Shown here: positions 36,928-47,900 of the stretch, one piece after another | Layout of the letters: each line of letters starts with the position of its first letter | Numbering within the stretch: position 1 is the first letter of the stretch | Assembly: GCA_963747605.1 (NCBI GenBank) | Contig: CAVVGA010000012.1 | Location: 119,471-183,470 of the forward strand | Length of the DNA stretch: 64,000 bases | From: an uncultured Acidobacteriota bacterium | GTDB taxonomy: Bacteria; Acidobacteriota; Terriglobia; Acidiferrales; UBA7541 | Direction: 5' to 3' | The notes under the pieces: generated by a model | Databases searched by the model: none | Told to the model about the DNA's origin: nothing | The model's input: only the letters and a program-made list of their open reading frames with translations | Position numbers and translations under genes: made by a program

Positions 36928-38594
36928 GAGGATTTCTTCTGGTAGAGCGCTTCGATTTCGTTGGCGAAGCGCGCGGTGATGGCGTCGCGTTTTAGTTTGC
37001 CCATGGTGGTGAGCAGGCCGGTTTCCATGGTGAAGGGTTCGGGGACTAGGTGGAACGCGCGAATTTGTTTGTAGTGGGGTTGCGCGGCGTTTACGGCTTC
37101 GATGGCGGATTGAATTTGTTGGTCGGTTAATTTGCTTGCGCCGTTGGTGGCGTTGGGCGTGACGAGGGCGGCGAGGAAGCTGCGTTGATTGCCGATGAGG
37201 ACAACCTGCTGCGCTTCGCGCAAATGTTGCGCGAGTTTTTCTTCGATTGGTTCGGGCGCGATGTTGTGGCCGGAATTCAGGATAATCAAGTTCTTAATAC
37301 GGCCGGTGATGCGCCAGTTGCCGTTTTCGTTGGTTTCGCCCTGATCGCCGGTGTGGAACCAGCCGTCTTGCAGGGCTTTTGCGGTTTCCGCGGGACGCTG
37401 CCAGTATCCGGAAAAAATATTCGGGCCGCGGACCAGGATTTCGCCGTCGTCGGCGCGTTTCATTTCTACGCCGGGGATTGCCGGGCCGACGAAGCCGGGT
37501 TCGACGTGGCCGGGATCATCGGCGGTGCAGATGGCGGTGGTTTCGGTGAGGCCATAGACCTGCAGGACCGGGATGCCGAGCATCATGAAAAAAAGCTGGG
37601 TTTCGATGGCTAGCGGAGCGGAGCCGCAGAGCAGAGGCTTTCAGGTTGGGGCCGATACTTTTGCGGATTGCCGGGAACATGAGGGAATTGCCGAGCGCGA
37701 GCCAGAGGGAATCGGCGAACTTGGTTTGTTTATTGTGGCGGCGCATGAAGGCTTGCTGGGCGCGCGGGAAAATCGCTGTGGCGAGGCCACCGCGTTCTTG
37801 GACGCGTGGTCTGAATTCTGGTCGCGCACGCGTTCGAGGAGCGTGGGAACATTCAGAAAATATTCGGGCGCGGCGAGTTTTAATTCGTCGGCGAGTTTGG
37901 TCAAGGTCGGTGGAAAGCGACAGGACGCTGTGGCGCGAGAGCGCGGTGAGGAGCAGGATCCAGGACGCGGCGAAGCAGAACGGAGCGTAATGAAAGATGC
38001 GCTCTGGTTGGGTGCGCGAGCCCATCAATTTATCGAGGCGCGAATTTGTGGCGCCGACGATGTGATTTACATTTCCGGCGGTGAGGATTACGCCTTTGGG
38101 TTCGCCGGAGGTTCCTGAGGTGTAGATGATCGAAATGATGTCGGGGTCTTCGTGGTGCATGGGCGGCGTGGGGGCGCTTGGTTCGCCCGCATAGACGCCT
38201 TCGAGCAGTGAAATTTGCGGGGCTTGCGGCCAGAGTTTTTTTATTTCGGCGGCTATCGCGGCGTCGAGGCAGAAAATGCGCGAGGGCGTGGAGTCCTGCA
38301 TCATCGCCACCAATTCGGCGGGGGCTTGGCGGGCGTAGAGCGGCACGACGACTATTCCTTCGGCCATCAGGGCGAGGTCGAGCGCGGCCCAGCGAATGCT
38401 GTTTGGCGCGAGCAGCGCGCAGCGATCACCTTTTTGCAGGCCGCGGGCTAGGAGAAAGTGGCGGGCTTGCTGAGTCATGGCGAGCAATTCGCTGCCGGTG
38501 ACGGAGTGGATTTTTTCGCCGTGAATTTCCTGCAGCACCGGCTCGCTGGCGGATTGTTTTCAGCTGAGTCGAAAATGTTTTCGAGAAATGTCAT
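36924..38594 (-). pseudogene. adenylate-forming long-chain acyl-CoA synthetase 2 (FadD-like), at least four frame breaks
   Basis: The ATG at 38594 (MTFLENIFDSAENN) overlaps the upstream stop (ATGA). 37516..38538 has IYTSGTSGEPKG, 37641..37904 is the middle, and 36924..37586 has YGLTETT, TGDQGE and GKLKR. Confidence 0.8.
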
Positions 38595-40017
38595 GCGGCG
38601 AGGACTCCGCTGTGTTTTTCGAGCAGTTTTAGAAGGCCGGGGCCGAGCGGGGGAAGATAATCTTCCCAGCTGAGGACGCCTTTGCGCACGGGGAATTGCG
38701 GATAGCGGCGCGCGACTTGCTCTTCGAAATACGTGCCCATGCGAGCCATCAATTGCAGATTGCGGGCTACGGTGCGTTCCATCGCATCGGGAATTTCTTC
38801 CGCTTCGGAATCGAGCGCGCGGAGGGCTGCGACGATTTTGTCGGCCAGGCCGGATTCATCCACGCGCATGAGGAGATGCTCGTGGCCGCGTTCGCGAAGA
38901 AGATTGCGGATGCGCTCGTCCATGGTGACGCCGGCGGAGGGAATGCCGGCGGGCATGGTGGTGACGATGGCGTGATAGCGCGAGGAGAGCAGGCGATCGC
39001 AGGCGCGCAGGATGCTGACTAGCTCGTACATGTTGAATTGATCGGAGCCGAAGACGGGCGCGCCGCCTAGTTTTTCCGCGACGCGCTGCGCAGGCATCGC
39101 GGTCGAGCATTTCCATCGCGACCATTACCGGGAAGACCTTGCGCGATTTTTGGTAGCCGGCGACGCCTGCGGCCATTTCGCTGAGATATTTTTCGTAGGC
39201 GGCGTCCACTTGGGAGCCGGAGCGATGGAAATAAATCGTGCGGTAGTAGCTTTTTTTGTAGGCGCCTGCTACGGAGTGCGCGAGCCATTTAGCGAGCGAC
39301 GCGGTGACCGGCCACCAGAACGGATTGATGGGGCAGATGGCTAGCACGGGAGTTGTGCCGTCCCAGCCTGCATCGCGCAGGGCTTTGCGGCCGTATTCGG
39401 GGCCGAGCGGTTCGAAAGTCCAGGCGGTGTCTGTGCCTAGTTCGGTTGGGACGCCGAGTTTGCCGAGGACGGCTTGCGATTCGACGTTGCGAGTGATGAT
39501 CAGGGAATCGCGGCAGTAGCGGCGACGTCATTTTTTGCAGGAGCGGGTCCATGGCGCCTGCTTCGGCGCCGTAAGCGATGCTTAATTTATTTTGCGCGGA
39601 GGCGATGCCTAGCGCGCCGATCATCATTGTTGTGAGGGCATTGGCGAATTTACTTTTGAACATGGAGCCTTCGCAGGCGACGACGCCGTCGTTTGCGCGC
39701 ACTACTTTGTGCAGGAACGGCGGGAAGACGTCTGGTAGATGGACCTGGCGGGCGTCGCCGAAATATCCGCGGGTGAGATCGAAATTCTGCGACATGACGC
39801 TGAGGGCGAGATTTTCGTCGCCAAGGATGCGGCGGACCTGGCGAATCATTTCTTCGACGCGGACGTCGGAGCCGGTGTTGCGCGTGCCGTTGTATCCGGC
39901 GAAGAGCAGTTTCAGTTTTGTGCCGGGCTGCCAGGCGTGTCCGGCGCCGAGCATCCACTCGAACTTGTTGAGTTCGATGAGGCCGCTGACCCAGGATTCC
40001 AGGAGCAGGTCGGTCAT
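38591..40017 (-). pseudogene. polysaccharide pyruvyl-transferase-family protein, at least two frame breaks
   Basis: The start MTDLLLESW is at 40017 (ATGA overlap with the upstream stop). The pieces are the tail of track ORF 39289..41184 ([21 protein letters not shown]), 38856..39347 and 38591..39097 (LLSSRYHAIVTTM). The assignment rests on my recollection of PS_pyruv_trans proteins. Confidence 0.6.
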
Positions 40018-41184
40018 TGGTGCGGATCCTGGGAGGCGTTGGCGGCGCGCGAGGCGGCGTGGACGGGCGCGTCGGCGGGCCATTCGCGATATTTGAAGAC
40101 GAAATGATTTTCGCGGCTGAAGCGCAGCAGCGGGAGGCTGTATTGCGAGAAGGGTGCGGGATGGCGGCCGAGTTCTTCGACGACGCGGGTGTTGTCGAAA
40201 ACCGTGTTCCACAAAAGATAGGGGAGGAAGACTTTCAGCAGCGTGGCCAGGCCGCCGATTTTTCCGGCGCGGCCTGCGAGGGCGTTGACGATTTTCTCCG
40301 TGGATTTTTCGAAGCTGGGGACGAAGACGGGGCCGCGCTTGTCTTGCGCTTTGGAGAGCGCTTCGGTTAGTTCGATGAACGTTTCGGATTCGCGGCCGGA
40401 CGAGAGATGGTAAATCTCGTGCGCCGGGATTTTCTTTTTGGTGCAGCGTGGAGACGGCGTCGGCGACGAAGTCTACCGGGACGATATCAAGGCGATCGCC
40501 GGGGCGGAAGGGAAGCATGGGGAGGCTGGCGAGGAAGACGAAGGCGCGCACCATGTCGAATTGATTGGTTTCGGGGCGGCGGCTATCGCCGAGGACGATG
40601 CTGGGGCGGAAAATGGTGCGCTGCACGTCTGGCAGTAGCTGGTGGACCATGTGCTCGCAGAATTTTTTGGTGCGGGCGTAGGGATCGTAGTCGGAGCGAT
40701 TCCAGTCGATCGCGGTGTCTTCCTGGACTACTTCGTTCGAGCGTTGGCCGGCGACGGCAACCGTGCTGACGTGGCTGAAGCGGCGGAGGCCGTGCTGGTC
40801 GCGGGCGCGCTGGGCGAGTTGGATGACTTCGAGCGTGCCGCGGAGATTTACGTTGAGGCAGCTTTTTTCGGATTTGCGATTCAGGGATGCGGCGCAGTGG
40901 ATTACCGAGTCTGTGCTGCGGACGAGTTGCGCGTAGTCGTCGTCGGAGAGGCCGAAATATGCGTCGGTGAGATCGCCGCGAAAAATGCGGATGCGGGAAC
41001 GCAGCAGTTCATCGAAGCGGGCGAAATCCAGATGCAGCTGGAGAGCGCGCCAGAGGCGTTCTTGCGCTTCCTGTTCATCGCGCGCGCGGACGAGCAGGTT
41101 CAGCGGGTCGGAATGGCCCGTAAGCAAATTCGACGCGATGTGCGCGCCGATATATCCGGTGGAACCGGTCAGGAGGATGGCCAC
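40014..41184 (-). CDS. thioester-reductase-like SDR (NAD_binding_4 type), at least one frameshift
   Basis: GTG start at 41184. [19 protein letters not shown]...LNLLVRA...[17 protein letters not shown]...VIHCAASLN...[12 protein letters not shown] is the pattern of terminal thioester reductases. The C-terminus is in frame 40014..40214. Confidence 0.7.
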
Positions 41185-43701
41185 AGTGATTGAGTTTCAG
41201 GATGCCGTTGCCGGACCCGAGTTTGATGAACCTGAGCTTGCTGCTGCCGCATTGCGGCAGCACCCGCGGCGGTGGTGACGTTCGCTTCGTTGCGCGATGC
41301 GAGAGGCACGGAGCGCCGGGGACGCGATTCCAGCTGGCGTCCTTCGATGAGAGGATAACACCACTTGCGCAGAGCGGGAATGTGCACGTTGATCCAGTAA
41401 TCCCACCAATCGAGGGCGCGGGAATCGTAGCCGAAGTCGGCTTGTTCGTCGGGCGGGAGCGCGGCGCTGAGGCGTTCGACGTTGGCGGCTTCAAAGACAT
41501 GATCGTTGTGGAGGATGAAGGGCTCGAAGAGCGAGATGAGCTTGACGACTTTTTCGAGTTCGCGTTCCTGGCGGGCTAGCGGAGGCTTGGAGGCGAACGG
41601 TTCCGTGGCGCGATTGATCGCTTTCACTACCGCTTTTTGCGCAGGGGCGGAGATGGCTTTGTAGCGCGTTTTGGAGACGGGGATGGCGTCGAAGCGCGGC
41701 GCGCATGCGTTGTTGGATGTCGGCGTGCGCGCGATAAAATTTGCGGTGGCCGAGGCCCGTTAGTTCGATGGAGCGGCGCATGTTGCAGGCGTTGGCTACC
41801 GAAGTGGCGAGTTGATAGACGCGCTGGTGACGGCGGGTTACTAGCGCGGCGGAGATCAGGGTCATGCCGCGGCAGACTAGATCAACCGGGATGAGGTCGA
41901 GGCATTTGGACTCGTTGGTGGGGAGTTGGCGGAAGAAAGTTCCTAGCAGGTAGGAGAGCGAGGCGGAGGTGTTGATGCCTTCGTTCCAGCCCAGGAAGGG
42001 CTTTTCCAGGGAGGATTCGACGATTGCTGGGCGTACTACGGCGATTGCGGCTTGCGGGTTGGCGTCCAGAAAATTGTGGATCAGCGATTCGGAAATACTT
42101 TTCGTGAAGGTGTAGGTATTGGGCCAGCCCAGTTCGTTGGCGCGGCGCGAAGCTGCGTCGGTGAGGGTTTGGCGGAGCCAGCGGACGCGGTTCTTGCGGA
42201 TTTGATTTTCGAGCGCGTGGCCTTGCAGGTTTTTGGCGGCGTGTTCTTTTTTTTGCGCGGCGCGGCGGAGTTCGGCTGTGACTTCTTCGGATTCGGCGCG
42301 GGTTTCAGTTTCCTTGATGAGATTTTCCAGCGATTGCCATTCTATTACTGCGTCGTAATCGGGGATGCCGCGCGGCGTGTAGTTTTTTGGCAATTCTTCC
42401 AGAACGCGGCCGTCGCGTTGGCCTACTACGTAGCAGGTGGAGAGATGCAGGAGCGAGGCGTGCGCGCATTCTTTGAGGAAATCGAGGACGTAGGCTGTGG
42501 ACCGGACGTTTACTGCCAGGGCGTCGCGCAGATCGGGGTTGAAATCGGTTAGGCCAGAGCTGTTGACGATCACGTCGAGTGTGCGGGAGAGCTTTTGCTG
42601 GTCTTGCGTGCTGAGGCCGAGGCCGGGTTTGCTGACATCACCGTCTACTACTTCGATATGATTGCGCAGAAATTCCGCGAAGTTGTCGCCGTGGCTGTTC
42701 GGCTAGCTTTTCGAATACTGGGGATTCTTCGATTACGCGTTGGAGGCGTTCGAGGGAGGTGTTGGCTTCGATTGTGGCGGACGAGCAGGTAGATGCGGGC
42801 GATTTCGGGCAGGTCGGTGAGCAGATTTGCGAGCCAAACTTTTCCGATGAAGCCGGTGGCGCCGATGAGCAGGATATTTTTTCCGCGGAGGGCTGCGCGA
42901 GCGGAAAACGCGTGGACGGCCGTTGCGCGATTCGTAGTGGACTACTGGGACGTAGACTTTGGGCGCGGCGCGTTCGGCTGGTTTGACGGCTTCGTCGAGG
43001 ACTTGAGGATTTTTTTCGAAGCCGAGAATGCTGATTAATTTTTCGCGGGGGACGCGGCCGTCTGGTTGGCTGCCGGTGAATCTGGCGAACGCGCCGCGGG
43101 GACGGATTACCGGGTCGAGCAGGCGTCCGGTGGCAATGCCTTCGCGGAAATCGAGGCGATTGGAAATGATGCGCATGATACCCAGATGCTTCGCTAGCGG
43201 ACGCATGATGTGGTCTAGGCCCTGGCTGACGAGGACGATTTCGCCGCCGGCGGCTATCGCTTCTTGCAGTTCGGCGACGCCTGGCTGCTTCAGGCGCGGC
43301 TTCAGAAAATATTCGAAGAATTCTTCGCCCAGGAGGTCGAAGCGGTCGCGGCTGACTCCGCGGAGGACGGTGTGCAGCAGGCGAGTGGCGAAGACGCGGT
43401 CAGTGATGTAGAGGAAGGGGCGGGCGAGGGCGAGAATGGCCATGGCGCCGCGGCGCGTCCAGCGTTCCAGGAAGCTTTGCGAATTCCAGGCGAAGAAGCC
43501 GACCGGGCGTACGGCGGTGAGGTTGAGCAGGCTGCCTTCGACGCGCCAGAAGACAGGCTCGCGCGCGGGTGCGGAGGCGTGTTGCGCAGGCCCGGTGATT
43601 TTCGAGATTTGATCGTTTGAATTAGACTGTGACATCGTTGAGTGAGTTGCTGCTGGTGATTCGGAAGTAGTGAAATTATCACGGTATTTGGCGGCAAGCA
43701 A
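41169..43701 (-). pseudogene. fusion of an N-terminal HAD-IB-like domain and a fatty acyl-CoA/ACP reductase (NAD_binding_4), at least five frame breaks
   Basis: The HAD-like part is ORF 42733..43701. Hand translation of 42560..42960 gives ...[10 protein letters not shown] / [44 protein letters not shown] / [26 protein letters not shown] / [28 protein letters not shown]. It then continues in 41491..42573 (NTYTFTKSISE) and 41169..41627. Confidence 0.7.
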
Positions 43702-43766
43702 GCGGGGGTGGGATCGTAGGGCGAGCTGGACTCTAAATCGTCCAACAATCGGCCCGACAATGGGCT

Positions 43767-44822
43767 TCAGTGGAATTTCTTTTCGAGGGCCGGCAATGTT
43801 TCGATGAAAACGTGGCCGACGATTGCCAGGCTGCGCGGGTCAACTTTTTCCAGCGTGTCGTCTGGAGTGTGCCAATAGGTTGGCTGGACGTCGAAATCGA
43901 TGATGTCGCAGCCGGGGACGCCGCGGCGGATAAATGAAAAATGATCGTCGCCGCCTACCGTGGTGGTTTCGTTGACGAAAACATTCCCGTATCCCAAACG
44001 CGCGGCGATCATCCAAATAAGATCCGTTAGCCAGGGCGTGGAGCCGGTGTCGCGCTTTATTTTTAGATCGGAAGGACCAATCATGTCCGCGAGAATCATT
44101 GCTTTGACGTGTTTGAGGTCGCCGGAGAGCGCCAGGCTAGCGGCCGTCTCGCGGCTGCCAAACGTGCTGTTGGTGTCCTGCCACTGGACGCTGTTCTTGT
44201 CGGGCCAGTTTTCCTGCGCTTCTTCACCATCGAAAAATACAATCCACGTGTTGAGAGCGCTCTTGGTCTTGCGGGCGCAGAAAATTCGGGCCAGCTCCAG
44301 CATCGTGCCGGTGCCGGAACCGCCATCATCGGCGCCGACGAAATTCGGCAAACGTATGGTGTCGTAGTGGGTGGTGAAGAGGACGATGCCGCTTGCGGTG
44401 CCGGGAATTTTGGCGATGATGTTTTTCATCGCGATGTCGCCGAGGGGCGTCGAGCCGTGGAAGTCGTGCTCTTCGACGGGACAGCCGAAACTTTTTAGCT
44501 GGCTGATGATGTAGGCCTGCGCGCGATGAATTCCTTGCGAGCCTGGCGGGCGAGGTCCGATTTCGACTAGTTTGCGAACGTGTTCGAAGGCTTGGGCACC
44601 GTCGAAGCCACCGGTCGCGGAGGGAGGAAGGGCCGCGGGTGGATTCGCCGCTTGCGTTATCGCTGAGGCGTTCGCGGTAGCACGGCTTTCGCTGGATGGC
44701 TGACTGTTGCAGGCAAGTGTGCACAACCACACCAAGTTCGTAAAGACGATTCCACATTTGCGCACCTTGAACCTCCCGTTACGGCGCACTCGCGACGGTA
44801 AGTCACTCAAACGTCGAACCAC
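43767..44822 (-). CDS. M28-family metallopeptidase (aminopeptidase/glutaminyl-cyclase-like), lipoprotein-type signal
   Basis: 351 aa with LVWLCTLACNS (lipobox-like), HYDTIRLPNFVGADDGGSGTGTMLELAR and VFFDGEE. Confidence 0.8.
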   Translation of the reverse strand: MVRRLSDLPSRVRRNGRFKVRKCGIVFTNLVWLCTLACNSQPSSESRATANASAITQAANPPAALPPSATGGFDGAQAFEHVRKLVEIGPRPPGSQGIHRAQAYIISQLKSFGCPVEEHDFHGSTPLGDIAMKNIIAKIPGTASGIVLFTTHYDTIRLPNFVGADDGGSGTGTMLELARIFCARKTKSALNTWIVFFDGEEAQENWPDKNSVQWQDTNSTFGSRETAASLALSGDLKHVKAMILADMIGPSDLKIKRDTGSTPWLTDLIWMIAARLGYGNVFVNETTTVGGDDHFSFIRRGVPGCDIIDFDVQPTYWHTPDDTLEKVDPRSLAIVGHVFIETLPALEKKFH

Positions 44823-44861
44823 ATTCGCTACCGGGTCCGGAATAGTTGAGTCTAAACCTGC

Positions 44862-44906
44862 CCGCTTCGTCCCGAAAGGCGCGGGACGAAGCGGCGGCTA
44901 CATAAA
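44862..44906. repeat. REP-like hairpin with GCTACA tail just downstream of the ASPIC gene (may double as a terminator)
   Basis: CCGCTTCGTCCCG-AAAGGCG-CGGGACGAAGCGG (13-bp perfect stem) followed by CGGCTACATAAA. Confidence 0.5.
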
Positions 44907-44940
44907 CCCCTCACATTGTGCAATCGCGCCGCTGCGGTGA

Positions 44941-47900
44941 TTATTTTTCTGGCTTCGCGTAGTTGAAGCGGAAAGTTTCGTTCGCTGGGCCTGCTACGCC
45001 GCGGGTGTTGTAGTTCAGCATATAGTCCAAGTGTTGTGGGTCTTCTGGGTAGGCTACGCCGTCGAGATAGGGGTACGGCACATTTGTGTGGAAGGGTAGC
45101 GGGGTTACGGTGTCGCCGTGGGCGGCGTAGAAGTCCATGTCTTTGGCGAAGCCGTTGGCGTAGAGGAAATAGTCGCGGGTCCAGCCGTTCGGAATGTCCG
45201 GCAGATGCGTTGAGTCGAAATCGACCGAGACTTCATCGCCTGAGCCGAAGATCACGTACTCGTCATCGGTTTTCTTCATTAGGTCGGTTACGTCGCCATA
45301 GCGGGTGTAGTTTCCGATTTGGCGGGCGTAGGGGCCTGTGGCGCTTACCTCTTCGTAAACGTAGGAGAGATCGTTTTTCGGATTGCCTTCGACCACGCGG
45401 GGGTAGCCGCGGAATTGTAGTTTGGCTTCGGCTAGGGGGACTTCGGTGAGTTTGAATTCGGTGTCTTCCGGAGAATTATCCACGCGAATGCGATCCCAAT
45501 AGACGCGGAGATTGGTGGAGATGCGAATGAAGCGTGCGCCGGGGGGAATTTTTCCGGTGAGGTCGGCGACCATGGTGCGGTACAGGCCGGCGGGGAAGCC
45601 CATGTCGTCAACTACCTTGACCCATTGGCCGGAGCCGTCTTGCACTTCGACGTAGGGCGGGACTGGAGTGATGCCCGCTTGCCAGGCGGCGTACATGGAG
45701 CTGGCGCTGAAGTAATCGGTGAAGCCGTCCATCAGGAGGCGAAGCGGACGCGAGGAATCCCAATCGCCCAGGTCGAGTTCAATCCAGTGCATTTCGGCGA
45801 AGCCTGCGTAGGGCGCGAGCGGAAAATTGGTGACGTATTTGTGATCTTGCTCGCGGAGGAAGGGGAGGATATTGCGGCTGTGATCGTCCCATGCGCCGGC
45901 GGGGAGATGGGCGTCGCGGCTGGCGATCACTTTGAATTGCGGGAAGGGGAGTTCGCTGGCGAAATGTTCGTTCGGATAAACTTCGACGTCTATCGGGTGA
46001 TCAATCGCTAGCAGACGCGCTTGGTCCAGGTAGTCGAGCTCTTCCATTGGTTCGAGCATCTTGAAACGAAGGCGGCCTTCTTGCGGCTGGGCTAGCGAGC
46101 CGGTGACTTTGAAATATTCGGCTGGGTTGGGAATGTTGCGCTGGTTCGGGCCGGTCCAGTGGCCGACGATTCCGGGGCCAATCATGTCTGCGAGAAATTC
46201 GAATTTTTCGCCGTTCCAGACGAAGACGATGGGGCAGGAGCTGCCCCGGCGATCAATTTCGGTGATCAGTTCTTCTTTGTGGGCGGGGATTTCTAGTTCG
46301 TCTTGCAGGACGCCCGTGGGCCAGAGGAGGCGGATTACGTCGGCTTGGCGCTCGGCGCCTAGGCCGGCGACGATTGGCGCGGGGCCTTGTCCTAGATAGC
46401 CGGAGGCGCCGGGGACTTCCCATTTTTGTTGCAGGGCGCCTGCGTACATTTCTACTTTTGTGCCGATGGCGGATTTATTGTCGTTCTCGCCTTTGAAGGC
46501 GATTCTTAACCAGTTGTAACGATTCCCGCCGTCGTTCTTAAGGAGGATTGGCGGGAGATTATTTTGGGTGATCAGGAGATCGGTCGCGCCGTCGTTGTCG
46601 AAATCGAAGGCGATGATGCTGCGGGGATTTTTTAGAGCGATTTTGTCGAGGCCTGTGGAGGCGGTTACGTCGCGAAAACCGGCAGCGCCTTCGTTGCGGA
46701 GCAGGACGATGTGTCCTGCGCCAGAGAAATCTTCGCCTACTGCTACCAGGTCCATCCAGCCGTCGTCGTCGTAATCAATGGGAGCTACGCCCCAGCCGCG
46801 CATCCAGTCGAGGTCTGGGAGATTTACTCGTTCGAAAGATTTTCCTGCGTTGTTGCGCCAGAGGCTCAGGCCGGGCGCGCCCCAGTGGGTGAAGGCCAAG
46901 TCCATCCAGCCGTCCTTATTGAAGTCGAGCGCTACTACGCCGGCTGTGGGAGCGGGCATGTCGCTGCTCCAGGGAGTGGTGGATTGGAAGGCGCCTTCGC
47001 GCGGATTTAGATAAACGACGGGGGCTTTTTGCCAGTTGGTTACGACGAAATCGATGGCGCGGTCGTTGTTGATGTCGCTGGCGATGGCGCCGACGGAGGG
47101 GGCGGTGCCTGCCAGGGCGGTTTCCGTGGTCCAATTTGTGAATGTGCCGTTGCCGTTGTTGCGCCAGAGGACGTTGCCTGGCGCAGTCGCATCCGTGGGG
47201 AACGCGAACGCCTTGGCGGGATTGACCAGCGCGAAATCGTTGCAGCGTGTGACGTAGAGATCGAGATCGCCATCGTGATCGAAATCAATAAAGGTTAGGC
47301 CGAGGGCTACTGCGCCCTCTTGGGCCTCGGTGTCTATTCCGGCGTCTTTGCTTACGTCTTTGAACCTCCCGTTGCCTTCGTTGTGAAAGAGGATGACTCG
47401 GCCATTCATAGTGACGGCGAGATCCGGCTTGCCGTCGTTATCGTAATCACCGACGGCGCAGGCCATACCTTGGCCGTGGATATCGAGGTGGGCTTCGTGG
47501 GTGACGTTTACGAATTTTCCCGAGCCGATATTTTTGTACAGTGCGGAGTTGCCGCCGCCGTCGGCATCCACCAGGAAAATGTCGGGCTTGCCGTCGCCTT
47601 TGTAATCAATGATGCAGGCGCCGCTACCCAGGAATTGCGCTAGGGAACTGCCGGCGGTTGGCGCAGCCAGTTTTGCGGTGCGAGCTTTTCGCATGGAGAG
47701 CGTTGCGCTGCCTGCTACGGATGGCGTGGTGTCTGCGCTGGCGTGCACCTGCGTGGCTCGGATGCGCACGGCGGCGGACGCGGGCAAGTTAGCGGCTTGC
47801 GTGACGTTGACGAAATGGACCGGCATCGCCGGCGGAACTGGCTCGGGCGCGGGTTGCAGGATTTCGGCGAGGGAATATTTTCCTTGTTCGCCGTAGATGA

